A stretch of DNA of 64,000 bases from Chloroflexota bacterium (GTDB lineage: Bacteria > Chloroflexota > UBA11872), in contig WTFW01000128.1 in the NCBI GenBank assembly GCA_011523785.1, forward strand, positions 607 to 64,606, given 5' to 3'. Positions within the stretch are counted from its first letter, which is position 1. Each line of letters opens with the position of its first letter. A model generated the notes under the pieces. The model did no database searches. It saw nothing but the letters and a program-made list of their open reading frames with translations, and was not told the origin of the DNA. Below are positions 39,606 to 49,065 of this stretch, in pieces. The position numbers were made by a program, and so were the translations under genes.

Positions 39606-40391
39606 TCACCTCGACGGGCTGCTGTGCGACGCGCCCCTCAACTGACCAGCCACAGCCCCCGCCAGGGCTTCGGCCGTTGATGCCGCCGCCACCACATCCG
39701 GTCTCCGTCCGGCGCGTTCACAGGCCGCTGCGGTGGTTGGACCGATGGCAGCGACGACGACCCCTTTCGGAATCGCCGCTAGCCCACACAACGCAACCGC
39801 AAAACTGACCGCGCTGGAAGGGCTGGCAAATGCCAGGGCGTCGACCGCGGCGTTTTGCACGGCGGCCACAATCTCGCGAGGAACCGCGGCCGGACGCGTC
39901 CGGTAGGCCGGGACGCGGGTGACCGATAGCCCGGCGGACCGCAGGCGCTCGGCTGGTTCCTCACGTCCATCCTCCGCCTGGACCACGGCCACCGACGCCC
40001 CAGGTGAGGCCGCCGCAGCCACGGCCTCGGCAAGGTCAGCCCCGGTTCGACCGTTCGAGTGAACGGTCACGTCAATGCCCGCCCGTTCGGCTACACGGCC
40101 AGTCGCGGCTCCAACCACTCCCACCTGCACACTGGCGGGAACCGGTGGCCCGCCGCGCCGTAGCCGCCGCGCGCGCTGCACGTAGTAACGCACCGCGTTG
40201 CGGCTCATGAACAGCAGGTAGTCGGACCTGCCCGGCGCGCGCACCAGGGCGTCCAGCGCCTCGTAGCTGCGCGGCGGGCCGATTTGGATGGCCGGGGCCG
40301 CCACCACCTCGCAACCCAACTCCTGCAGCCGTTCCGTCAGCCGATCAGGCCCACTTGACGGCCGCGTCACCACGACTCGCGGCCGACTCAC
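39606..40391 (-). CDS. hemD: Uroporphyrinogen-III synthase
   Basis: HemD-like 261 aa. GTG start overlaps the cobA stop (GTGA). The track ORF's upstream extension runs in another frame of cobA. Confidence 0.75.
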   Translation of the reverse strand: MSRPRVVVTRPSSGPDRLTERLQELGCEVVAAPAIQIGPPRSYEALDALVRAPGRSDYLLFMSRNAVRYYVQRARRLRRGGPPVPASVQVGVVGAATGRVAERAGIDVTVHSNGRTGADLAEAVAAAASPGASVAVVQAEDGREEPAERLRSAGLSVTRVPAYRTRPAAVPREIVAAVQNAAVDALAFASPSSAVSFAVALCGLAAIPKGVVVAAIGPTTAAACERAGRRPDVVAAASTAEALAGAVAGQLRGASHSSPSR

Positions 40392-41131
40392 GTGGTTTCG
40401 GCCTCGTTCAGCACGCCGGCGACAGGTCCCACGACGATCACCGCCGGGGCCTGCAGTTCCGCCTCCTGCGCCAGCTGTTCGATGGTCGCCAGCGTGCCCG
40501 AAAGCGCGCGCTGCCCCGGCAGCGTAGCGCGCTCCACCACGCGCACCGGCTCGTCGGGCGGGCGTCCGCCCTCGATCAGCTTCCCGGCAATCGTCCCCAG
40601 GTTCCCGACGCCCATCAACACCACGATGGAACCCGGTGTCCCCGCAATGCGTGCCCAATCCACCCCGGCAGCCGCTTGCGCGTCGTGACCGGTCACGACC
40701 GTGAAGCTCGACTCCACCCCTCGATGCGTGACGGGCACGTCCGCCGCGGCCGGCCCGGCCAGCGCCGAGGAGATACCGGGCACCACGACAACCGGGATCC
40801 CGGCCGCCCGCGCCGCCAGCACTTCCTCGCCGCCACGACCGAAGACGAAGGGATCGCCGCCCTTGAGCCGGCAGACCGAGTGCCCTGCGCGAGCCAGGGC
40901 AATGAGCAGGTCGTTGATGTCTTCCTGGCTTCGCGAAGCCCGACCCGGCGCCTTGCCCGCATCCTCGATCCGTGCATCGACTCGCGCCAGCTTCAACAGC
41001 TCAGGCGAGATCAGCCGGTCGTGCACCACCGCGTCCGCCGACTCCAGGACTTCGCGGCCGTGCACGGTAATCAGCTTCGGATCGCCCGGACCCGCACCCA
41101 CCAGGTAAATGGTCCCCGCTTGCGCTTTCAC
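40388..41131 (-). CDS. cobA: Uroporphyrinogen-III C-methyltransferase (SUMT)
   Basis: IYLVGAGPGDPKLITV...GGDPFVFGRGGEE...VVPGISS motifs. Confidence 0.85.
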   Translation of the reverse strand: MKAQAGTIYLVGAGPGDPKLITVHGREVLESADAVVHDRLISPELLKLARVDARIEDAGKAPGRASRSQEDINDLLIALARAGHSVCRLKGGDPFVFGRGGEEVLAARAAGIPVVVVPGISSALAGPAAADVPVTHRGVESSFTVVTGHDAQAAAGVDWARIAGTPGSIVVLMGVGNLGTIAGKLIEGGRPPDEPVRVVERATLPGQRALSGTLATIEQLAQEAELQAPAVIVVGPVAGVLNEAETT

Positions 41132-42021
41132 TGCGTCGCCTGCTCTCGCGCCGCCAGCACCCTGGCGGCCGCCTGCCGACCCAACGCGTCGGCATCGCTC
41201 AGGCGCCCGTGAAGCGTCAGCGGCGGCGCTTCGCCATCACCAAACAGTCCCACCGTGAGCGTCAGACCGGCACCGTCGACGGTCGCCAGCGCTCCGGCCG
41301 CCACATTGCAGCCACCCCGCAGGTCGCGCAAGAAGGCCCGCTCGGCCGTCACTGCCGCCCGGGAATCCGCGTCGTCAATTCGCTTCACTAGATTCTCAAC
41401 GTCCGGCTTGTCCGTGCGAACCTCCACCGCCAGCGCGCCCTGCGCCGGGGCTGGCAGAAACTCCGGCGGCTCCAGGAGCTCGGCGATGTCGCCGGCCAGA
41501 CCCGCCCGTTCCAGTCCCGCCACCGCCAAAACCGCCGCGTCGAGCTGTCCGGCCCGCACGCGTCCAACGCGCGTACCCACGTTGCCGCGCAGGGGTTGCA
41601 CGCGCAGGTCGGGGCGGGCTGCCAGGACCTGGGCCGACCGCCGGGCGCTGCCGGTGCCAACCGAGGCGCCCTCCGAAAGGTCGGCCAATGCCTGGCCGCT
41701 CCGACTCACGAGCGCGTCGCGCGGATCGGCTCTGACAGGAATGGCCGCGATCCGCAGACCCGCCAGCGTCTCCGTCGGCAAGTCCTTGTAGCTGTGCACG
41801 GCGATGTCGGCCCGCCCGTCCAGCAGCGCCGCCTGCACGCCGCGCGAAAACACGCCCCGCTCGCCCAGGGTCTCGATAGGCCGGCTGCGGTCCAGGTCGC
41901 CCGCCGTTTCCACCAGCACGAATTCGACGCCCAGCCCGGGAGTGGCCGCTTGCACCAGGTCAGCCACCAACGCCGCCTGCGCGCGAGCCAGCGGCGAACG
42001 GCGTGTCGCGATGCGAGCCAT
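41128..42021 (-). CDS. hemC: Hydroxymethylbilane synthase (porphobilinogen deaminase)
   Basis: MARIATRRSPLARAQ...VETAGD. Start refined to the internal ATG; overlaps cobA by ATGA. Confidence 0.85.
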   Translation of the reverse strand: MARIATRRSPLARAQAALVADLVQAATPGLGVEFVLVETAGDLDRSRPIETLGERGVFSRGVQAALLDGRADIAVHSYKDLPTETLAGLRIAAIPVRADPRDALVSRSGQALADLSEGASVGTGSARRSAQVLAARPDLRVQPLRGNVGTRVGRVRAGQLDAAVLAVAGLERAGLAGDIAELLEPPEFLPAPAQGALAVEVRTDKPDVENLVKRIDDADSRAAVTAERAFLRDLRGGCNVAAGALATVDGAGLTLTVGLFGDGEAPPLTLHGRLSDADALGRQAAARVLAAREQATQ

Positions 42022-42079
42022 CACCGCCGCACCTCGGTCTCGCCGCCTGCGCCAGCCGCTAAAGCCTACGCCCCGTCGC

Positions 42080-43165
42080 TCAGCGCCGGGCGTAGGCCTC
42101 CGCCAGCACAGCCGCCACCTCCGGACGAGTGAACTCAACCGGCGGTCGCTGCCCTTCGCTCAGCAGCCCCCGCAGCCGCGTCCCGCTCAGGAACACGTGG
42201 TTGGTCCCGTCGTGCGGACAAGTCTTGGCCGAGCCCATCCCCGCGCATTCCGTGCACCAGAAGGCGTGCTCGAAGAACAGCGGCGTAATGCCCAGTTCGC
42301 CCACGTCGAACTCATGAAAGATGTGCTGGGCGTCGTGCGGCCCGTAGTAGTCGCCCACGCCCGCATGGTCGCGGCCCACGATGAAGTGCGTGCAGCCGTA
42401 GTTGCGCCGCACCAGCGCGTGAAACACCGCCTCGCGCGGCCCCGCGTAGCGCATTGCGGCCGGCAGCGCCGCCAGCAACACCCGGTCGCGCGGAAAGTAG
42501 CCGTCCAGCAGCACCTCGTAGCAGCGCCAGCGCACGTCCGCCGGCACGTCGTCTTCCTTGGTAACGCCGACCAGCGGATGCACCAAAAGCCCGTCGACAA
42601 TCTCCAGCGCGGCCTTCTGGATGTACTCGTGGGCGCGATGGATCGGATTGCGGGTCTGGAACCCGACCACCGTCCGCCAACCCAGCGCATCGAATCGTTC
42701 GCGCAGCTGCGACGGGGTCAGGTGCCGCGGATCCTCCGCCCGGTCCGGCGACTCTCCGAAAGAGGTCACCGGCCCGCCCAGCAGCACTTCGCCCTGCGCA
42801 TAGAGCGCAGCCACGCCGGGATGCTCGGCGTCGGTCGTTCGGTATACGGCTTGCGCCTCCGCGGTCTTGTCGTAGTGAAATCGCTGCCGCACTTCAAGCT
42901 CGCCGCGAGGCCGGCCCGCTCCGTCCAGCAGATCCAGCCTGTCACCCTCGCGCACCAGAGCTGCCGTGTCGGCGTCCACCGCCAGCGTGATCGGCAGCGG
43001 CCAGGGCTGACCGTCCGGCAGGTGCATGTCCTTCAGCACCGCCTGGTATTCGGCCTTCGTCATGAAGCCGGTCAGCGGGCGGTAGCCGCCAACCCGAAAC
43101 AGCTCAAGGTCGGCCAGTTGCCGCGGCGAGAGCTCGATCGCCACGGTCGATGCCACGGCAGCCAT
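42080..43165 (-). CDS. sat: Sulfate adenylyltransferase (ATP sulfurylase)
   Basis: [11 protein letters not shown] and the GRDHAG-region motifs of ATP sulfurylase. Confidence 0.9.
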   Translation of the reverse strand: MAAVASTVAIELSPRQLADLELFRVGGYRPLTGFMTKAEYQAVLKDMHLPDGQPWPLPITLAVDADTAALVREGDRLDLLDGAGRPRGELEVRQRFHYDKTAEAQAVYRTTDAEHPGVAALYAQGEVLLGGPVTSFGESPDRAEDPRHLTPSQLRERFDALGWRTVVGFQTRNPIHRAHEYIQKAALEIVDGLLVHPLVGVTKEDDVPADVRWRCYEVLLDGYFPRDRVLLAALPAAMRYAGPREAVFHALVRRNYGCTHFIVGRDHAGVGDYYGPHDAQHIFHEFDVGELGITPLFFEHAFWCTECAGMGSAKTCPHDGTNHVFLSGTRLRGLLSEGQRPPVEFTRPEVAAVLAEAYARR

Positions 43166-43767
43166 CAGGCCGCCGCCACGCAGTCGGCCGCCGGCGCCAG
43201 GTGGCCCAGGCGTTCCAGGCCGTCCAGGATCCTGGCCGCGCTTTGCTCTACCGACTCCATATCCGTTTCCACCACGATCTCCGGATCCACCGGCGCTTCG
43301 TACGGATCGTTGACCCCGGTGAAGTTCTCGATCTCACCGGCCAGGGCGCGCGCATACAGCCCCTTGGGGTCGCGCTCGATCAACTCGTCAAGCGAGCACT
43401 TCACGTAAACCTCTACGAATTGGCCGATCTGCTCCCGCGCCTCGCGGCGTCCGTCGGTATAGGGCGAGATCGCCGACACCAGCATGGTCGCGCCGTGCCG
43501 CGTCCCCAGCGCCGCCACCCACGCAATCCGCCGGATGTTCTCGTCGCGGTCCTCGCGCGTGAACCCCAGGCCCTTGCTCAGGTGCGTGCGCACCACGTCG
43601 CCGTCCAGCGACTCCACGCGGTGGCCGCGGCGTTCCAGTTCCGGCGTCAGCCACTCCGCCAGCGTCGTCTTGCCCGCGCCCGAAAGGCCCGTCAGCCAGA
43701 TTGTGACCCCGGCCGGCTCGTGCCGCCCGTAGGCGGCATACCCATTGCAGTCCATTGACTTGACCAT
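43165..43767 (-). CDS. cysC: Adenylyl-sulfate kinase
   Basis: [22 protein letters not shown]-loop. Start set at the internal ATG (MVKSMD); the track ORF has a 126-aa non-coding extension. Confidence 0.85.
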   Translation of the reverse strand: MVKSMDCNGYAAYGRHEPAGVTIWLTGLSGAGKTTLAEWLTPELERRGHRVESLDGDVVRTHLSKGLGFTREDRDENIRRIAWVAALGTRHGATMLVSAISPYTDGRREAREQIGQFVEVYVKCSLDELIERDPKGLYARALAGEIENFTGVNDPYEAPVDPEIVVETDMESVEQSAARILDGLERLGHLAPAADCVAAA

Positions 43768-43769
43768 CC

Positions 43770-44516
43770 CTAGGTGTTTCCGTGCAGACCGCATTCGGTC
43801 TTGTCGAGTCCTTGCCAGCGACCGCTGCGCAGCGACTCGCCCGGCAGCGGGCGCGAGGTACAGCGCGTGTTGCAGCCCAGGCTCGGGTAGCCCTCGTCGT
43901 GCAGCCGGTTGTACGGCACGTCGTGGCGTCGGATGTAGTCCCAGATCTCGGCTTCGGTCCAGCCGCTCAGCGGCGCGACCTTCACAAGCCCAAACTTCGC
44001 GTTCCACTCGATTACCGGCGTCGCCGCGCGCTGCGCCGACTGGTCGCGACGCACGCCCGTGATCCAGGCCCGCTTGTCCGCCAGCGCCCGCGCGTTTGGT
44101 CCGACTTTGCGGATCCCGCAGCAGGTGTCCGGATCGCGGTCCCACAACGCGTCGCCGTATCGCTCCGCCTGTTCGGCCAGCGACAAATCCGGCCGATAGG
44201 CCGTGGCCTCGAACCCGTAGCGTTGCTCGACTTCCTCACGCACCTCGTGCGCGGCATCGAACAGCAGGCCGGTGTCCAGGTAATACACCTCGACGCCGTC
44301 CAGCAGGTCCTGCCGCGCCAGCATGTCCACCAGCACCATGCCGCTGGGACCGCCGAATGAGCACGACAACGCCACATCCGGGGCATAGGCGCGCACGACT
44401 TCGCGCAGCACCTCCTCGGCGGGCAATTCCTGCAGCCGCGGGCCGTCGCGCCGCAGGTCGATTTCAGCAAGTTGAACGTTCACGATTGAGAGAGAACCTC
44501 CAATGGCATGGGGCAA
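43770..44516 (-). CDS. cysH: Phosphoadenosine-phosphosulfate/adenylyl-sulfate reductase (thioredoxin-dependent)
   Basis: PAPS-reductase fold with a CC...CxxC cysteine set ([16 protein letters not shown]), typical of Fe-S-containing APS-reductase-type CysH. Confidence 0.85.
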   Translation of the reverse strand: MPHAIGGSLSIVNVQLAEIDLRRDGPRLQELPAEEVLREVVRAYAPDVALSCSFGGPSGMVLVDMLARQDLLDGVEVYYLDTGLLFDAAHEVREEVEQRYGFEATAYRPDLSLAEQAERYGDALWDRDPDTCCGIRKVGPNARALADKRAWITGVRRDQSAQRAATPVIEWNAKFGLVKVAPLSGWTEAEIWDYIRRHDVPYNRLHDEGYPSLGCNTRCTSRPLPGESLRSGRWQGLDKTECGLHGNT

Positions 44517-44807
44517 AACGCGCCCCTCGCTCGATTTCAGGTGCTCGACGCCGTTCTAGCGCGTGGTCAGTTAGGACCGATCACGCGGCCTGGGCACGGA
44601 AGCCCGGCCGGCGTCGAGACGTGCCTGGCGTGACCAGGACTTGGCGGGCGTGAGAGGCCTAGACCACCACGCCCCGTATACAGGCGCAGGTGCAGTGGCA
44701 ACAACAGGAGGTGCAGCCACGCGCGAAGCGAATCGCAACAATCGCCGCCGACACATGCAGCCGCTGGCTGCGCTGCGTCGGCGATAGGTCGGACGGAATG
44801 CCTGGAG

Positions 44808-46589
44808 TCAGACCGCGCATTCGCCCTCGCCGCGTTCCAGCACGTACAGCCGGTCGCGGTCCCAGTCCACGAAATGCTCGGGTTCGTCGTCGTATTCGGG
44901 CGGCAGCGCCAGGTCCTTGAGGAGACCGTCGAAGTACAGCCGGTCGTACCGGTCCACGTACTCGTTGAAGGATTCGTCGTCGCTCTCGCGATTCTCCTCA
45001 TAGTCGAGGATCAATCGCTCCACGACGGCCGGCGCGCGCTTGGCGGGCACCCGCGTGCGCAGCAGCAGGCCCAGCCGCATCGGCGACCCGTAGCGTCGGT
45101 TGCCGCCGATGAACGTGTGGTACGCCGGAACCTGCCGACCGCCGGTCTTGATGGCCGCGCCGTGGAAGCCGATGTTGCCCACATGGTGCATGCCGCAGGA
45201 GTTGGGGCAGCCGCTCATGTTGATCAGGATCTGTCGCGTCAGCGGATCCTGGATGTGCATCTCCTCGACCTTGGCCTGGATGGCCTTGTTGAGACCCATC
45301 GACGAGGTGATCCCGAGCTTGCAGCTGTCCGTGCCGGGGCACGACACCACGTCGTTGATCTCGTATGCGCCCGGATTCCCCAGCCCCAGCGCGCGCAGTT
45401 CGCGCCAGACGGGGTAGACGCTGTTGTCGGGAATCCAGCGCAGCACGATGTTTTGCCAGTGCGTCGTCCGCGCCCGGCTCGCGCCGTAGTCACGCAGGAT
45501 CTGCGCCAACCCTCGGAACTGCTCGGGACTCAGGTCGCCCTGGTTGACCTTGACTTCCATGGTCGAGTACCCGGCCTGCACCTGCCGCGCCACGTTCGTG
45601 GAGCAGAAGCGCTCGAACAGGTCGGCGTCTTCCTCGGCGATATCCGGCGCTTCGGCCGGCATGTCCGGGGCGTCCGCTTCCTCGTTGTCGATGAAGACCA
45701 GGTCGTCCAGGTCGTAGTCGCGCTGCGCCCAGGCGCCGGTCAGCTCCGCCTCCACCATCTCGCGGAACTTCTCGATTCCGACCCGGTGAACCAGGAACTT
45801 GATGCGGGCCTTGGCCCGGTTGCGTCGCAGCTCGTCGGACCGGTTGAAGATCCGCAGCACCGCTTCGGACACCCGCAGGTAGTCGCTCAGCGGCACGAAG
45901 TCGTACAGCTCGAACGCGTGCTTGGGCATGATCGACAGCCCGCCGCCGGTCAGGATCCGGAACCCGCGCTCTTCCTTGCCGTCCACTTCGCGGATGGTCG
46001 AGAAGAAGGCCAGGTCGTGAATCTCGCCGATGGTGCGGTCGGTGTCGGACCCGCTGAACGAGACCTTGAACTTGCGCGGCAGCAACTGGGTTAGCGGGTT
46101 GCGCACGAAATAGCGTACGAAGGCTCCCGCGTACGGCGTCGCGTCGAACGTCTCGTCGTCGGCCACGCCCGCCCAGGGGTCGCCGGTCACGTTGCGCACG
46201 GTGTTGCCGCAGGCTTCCCGAGTCGAAAGCCCGGCGCGACCCAGCACCCGCAACGCATCCCAGGCCAGCGGCAGCGGAATGTGGTGGATCTGGACGTTCT
46301 CGCGCGTGGTGATGTGACCCTTCTTCAGCGGAGCGAATCGCTCGGTCACCTCGGCAAAAGCGTCCAGCTGGTCCGCCGTCACGCCGCCCATGGGCAGCTT
46401 CACCCGCAGCATCTGCACGTTTGGCTGGCGCTGGCCGTAGACGCCCTGCTTCAGCCGGTAGCCGATGAACTTTTCTTCGACGCGCTGACCGGCCAGGTAG
46501 GCCCGGGCCTCCGTGGTGAAATCCTCGAATTCCTCATCAAGGATCTCGATCACGTGCCCAGCCGTGTCTCGTCGTTCAGTTACTGCCAT
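44808..46589 (-). CDS. sir: Sulfite reductase (ferredoxin-type nitrite/sulfite reductase hemoprotein)
   Basis: Siroheme/4Fe-4S motif SGCPNSCGMHHVGNIGFHG, 593 aa. Confidence 0.85.
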   Translation of the reverse strand: MAVTERRDTAGHVIEILDEEFEDFTTEARAYLAGQRVEEKFIGYRLKQGVYGQRQPNVQMLRVKLPMGGVTADQLDAFAEVTERFAPLKKGHITTRENVQIHHIPLPLAWDALRVLGRAGLSTREACGNTVRNVTGDPWAGVADDETFDATPYAGAFVRYFVRNPLTQLLPRKFKVSFSGSDTDRTIGEIHDLAFFSTIREVDGKEERGFRILTGGGLSIMPKHAFELYDFVPLSDYLRVSEAVLRIFNRSDELRRNRAKARIKFLVHRVGIEKFREMVEAELTGAWAQRDYDLDDLVFIDNEEADAPDMPAEAPDIAEEDADLFERFCSTNVARQVQAGYSTMEVKVNQGDLSPEQFRGLAQILRDYGASRARTTHWQNIVLRWIPDNSVYPVWRELRALGLGNPGAYEINDVVSCPGTDSCKLGITSSMGLNKAIQAKVEEMHIQDPLTRQILINMSGCPNSCGMHHVGNIGFHGAAIKTGGRQVPAYHTFIGGNRRYGSPMRLGLLLRTRVPAKRAPAVVERLILDYEENRESDDESFNEYVDRYDRLYFDGLLKDLALPPEYDDEPEHFVDWDRDRLYVLERGEGECAV

Positions 46590-46700
46590 GCCTGGCCTCC
46601 ACGCGCCGCCCGACGCGGCCGGGTGATAAGCCTACCTGGATTCCCCGCGCAGGTAGGTGCGCTGATTCTATGAAGTAAGGGCCGCTGGGCGCCACTCCAA

Positions 46701-47804
46701 TTAGACGCGATCGGCCGACCACTCGTGGAACGCCAGCGGCAACCCCGCATCGCTGACGCCCGGCGGCCGCTCCGGGCCGAATAGCAGCTTGACCGCGTCA
46801 TTGCGGCTCAGGCGCACTCGCCGGCCGCCCACCGTCATCGCGATCGTGTCGCCCTCGTCCGCCGGATCCAAATCCTCGCGCCCGTAGGCGCGCACCAGGC
46901 CTACCGGGTCCTCGATTCGAATCATCCCGATGTAATCGGCGGAGCGCATGATTCCCGCCGCATCCAGCACGTCCGTCACGTCGTCCGCCCGCGCCGGCGC
47001 CGCCAGCGTGGCGTGGACCGTCGGATTCCGCCCGGCCTGGCGCTCGGCCACCGTCTGCGTCGACGTTTTCACCGACGGGTCGTCCCAGTCCGCCAGCAAG
47101 CGCGCGATCATGGGAACCACCAGGTCGGCCGGCCCGCCGTATTCGGCCATCCTCGTGCCGCGCGCGAACACATAAGCCGCGGCCCGGCCGTCGCGATCGG
47201 CCACCCACACCGTCGAGTTGCGCCGCACCAGCATCGCCCGCATGTGGTCCGGCGGTCGTACCGCGCCCCAGGCCCGGGCCTCGTTGATCTCCGACAGCGC
47301 CTCGAAGTCCTCGTCCGTCGCCGGCCGAATCTCCAGCGCCGGCTCGCTCGGCAGGAACGACCGGTTTCCCCGGTCGAACCGATACACCCGCACGGTCCCG
47401 CCATACTCCCAGCCCTGCTTCCGGTACCAGCTGGGTACGCCCGTCGAGAGCAGGCTGACGTGCGAGCCCAGTTCGGCCATGCGCTCGATGCAGGCGTCCA
47501 GCACCCGCGTGGCGTAGCCACGCCGCCGATACGGCACGTCGGTCGAGACCCCGTTGATCCCGCCGATCCGCAACTCCACGCCGTCCAGCCGCGTGTCGTG
47601 CGGATAGATCGCCGTGGAGGCCACGATCTGGTCGTCTTCCCGGACCACGAAGATGTTGCGCACGTTCTCCGGCTGGTGCACGTGCGGCCAGTCCTCGCCG
47701 TAGGTGGGATCGCTGCCCACCTCCTCGCGCATGACCCGGTTGACGTGGTCGATCAGGTCCTGCCGCTCGTCCAGCCGCATCACCCGCGGTCCATCCACGC
47801 TCAT
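46701..47804 (-). CDS. GNAT-family N-acetyltransferase (Eis-like, with a C-terminal SCP2-like region)
   Basis: Acetyl-CoA-binding motif VPYRRRGYATRVLDAC, 367 aa. Confidence 0.7.
   Translation of the reverse strand: MSVDGPRVMRLDERQDLIDHVNRVMREEVGSDPTYGEDWPHVHQPENVRNIFVVREDDQIVASTAIYPHDTRLDGVELRIGGINGVSTDVPYRRRGYATRVLDACIERMAELGSHVSLLSTGVPSWYRKQGWEYGGTVRVYRFDRGNRSFLPSEPALEIRPATDEDFEALSEINEARAWGAVRPPDHMRAMLVRRNSTVWVADRDGRAAAYVFARGTRMAEYGGPADLVVPMIARLLADWDDPSVKTSTQTVAERQAGRNPTVHATLAAPARADDVTDVLDAAGIMRSADYIGMIRIEDPVGLVRAYGREDLDPADEGDTIAMTVGGRRVRLSRNDAVKLLFGPERPPGVSDAGLPLAFHEWSADRV
47715..47744. repeat. 30-bp direct repeat, copy A (inside the GNAT N-terminal coding region)
   Basis: GCCCACCTCCTCGCGCATGACCCGGTTGAC, 29/30 identical to the copy at 48940-48969, with lower-similarity flanks. 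Confidence 0.8.
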
Positions 47805-47945
47805 GTCGGACCCTCGTTCCTCATCGTGGATTCCCCGCGGCGCGTCTGGTCCTAGCCTGAATCGCTGGCGTCGAGTCGTCCAGCCCCAACGCGCAAACGG
47901 TCACAATGGATCGTCGCCTCCCATCCACCGCAACTCGAAAACCTC

Positions 47946-48714
47946 GTGAACAAGTACACCGCCGCCAACCGCGACGCCTGGGACGCCATTGCCGAAAGGC
48001 GACACGGCATCTGGCCGTCCGCGGACTTCTTTGCCCGCGGCGGCTCGCTGCTGCGCGAACACGAACTTGAGGCCGCCGGCGACGCGCGGCCTGCGCCTCT
48101 GCCACCTGCAATGCGGCAGCGGCGAGGAGACGCTCTCCTGGGCCAACGCCGGCGCCCACGTCACCGGCGTCGACATCAGCTCCAAGCAGATCGACCTGGC
48201 CAGGCGCAAGGCTGAAGCCGCCGGAATCCCGGCCGGGTTCCTGGCCGCCGACGTCAGCAGCCGTCCGGAGGCGCTGCCCCCCGGGTCCTTCGACATCGTC
48301 TATACCGGCGGGGGCGCCGTGGGGTGGCTTCCGGATCTCGACACCTGGGCCGCCTCCATCCACGAGCTGCTCAAACCCACCGGCCGCCTGATCCTCAACG
48401 AGGAGCACCCGCAGCTCGGCAACCTCGAGGTTCGCGACGGCTCCATCGCCATCGTCGGCGACTACTTCGACCGCCAGCCCCACCGCACCGCCGGCTGGCG
48501 CCACTTCGCCGGTGCCGAAGACGCTCCCGAACCCAGGTGGGAGTTCAGTTGGACCCTCGGCGACATCGTTACCAGCATCGCCCGCGCCGGCCTCCGCATC
48601 GAAAGCCTCCAGGAGTTCCCCAGCACCGCCAGCTGGCGCTTCGGCGACGACCTCCCCACCATCCGCCGCCTCCTCGGTTCCTTCCTCCTCGTCGCCCGCA
48701 AGTCCGACGCCTAG
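47946..48714 (+). pseudogene. Class I SAM-dependent methyltransferase interrupted by a +1 frameshift near 48070-48080
   Basis: The N-terminal 43 aa (MNKYTAANRDAWDAIAERRH...ELEAAGD) are in frame 0. The methyltransferase motif I (LRLCHLQCGSGEETLSW...VTGVDIS) and the rest are in frame +1. The two track ORFs 47946..48215 and 47989..48714 overlap. Confidence 0.6.
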
Positions 48715-48750
48715 AGGCATCGCCGCGGTGCGGGCTGGACGAGGTCGCGG

Positions 48751-49029
48751 CTACGTCGCCACCAGCGGCTCGATCGAGCTCAGGTCCGTCGTCGCCCGCG
48801 CAACCTCCAGGTCGTACATCCGCTGAAGATTCAGCCAGAACTCCGGCGACATCCTTAACGCCTTCCCCAACCGCAGCGCCGTATCCGCCGTAACCGACCG
48901 CCGCCCGTGAACGATCTCGTTGATCCTCCGTGGCGGCACGCCCACCTCCTCGCGCATGACCCCGTTGACCTGGGCAACGAGTTCATCGAATTCGTCAGCC
49001 CGAGGAGCGCGCGGTCCGTCCTCGGTCAC
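48751..49029 (-). CDS. HigA/VapI-type HTH antitoxin-like remnant (chimeric; no cognate toxin nearby)
   Basis: C-terminal VPPRRINEIVHGRRSVTADTALRLGKALRMSPEFWLNLQRMYDL matches the HigA HTH. The N-terminal VNGVMREEVG segment is a DNA-level duplicate of the GNAT N-terminus. Confidence 0.45.
   Translation of the reverse strand: MTEDGPRAPRADEFDELVAQVNGVMREEVGVPPRRINEIVHGRRSVTADTALRLGKALRMSPEFWLNLQRMYDLEVARATTDLSSIEPLVAT
48940..48969. repeat. 30-bp direct repeat, copy B (inside the HigA-like ORF)
   Basis: GCCCACCTCCTCGCGCATGACCCCGTTGAC; pairs with 47715-47744. Confidence 0.8.
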
Positions 49030-49065
49030 ACCAACGTCACGATTTACCCGGCGCGTCTTCCCGGT

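Noticed and set aside
46620-47845. A 13-mer TGGATTCCCCGCG present both downstream (46630s) and upstream (47825-47840) of the GNAT gene.
   Set aside because: About 30 random 13-mer coincidences are expected in 64 kb, and the flanking sequence is not similar. Probably chance.
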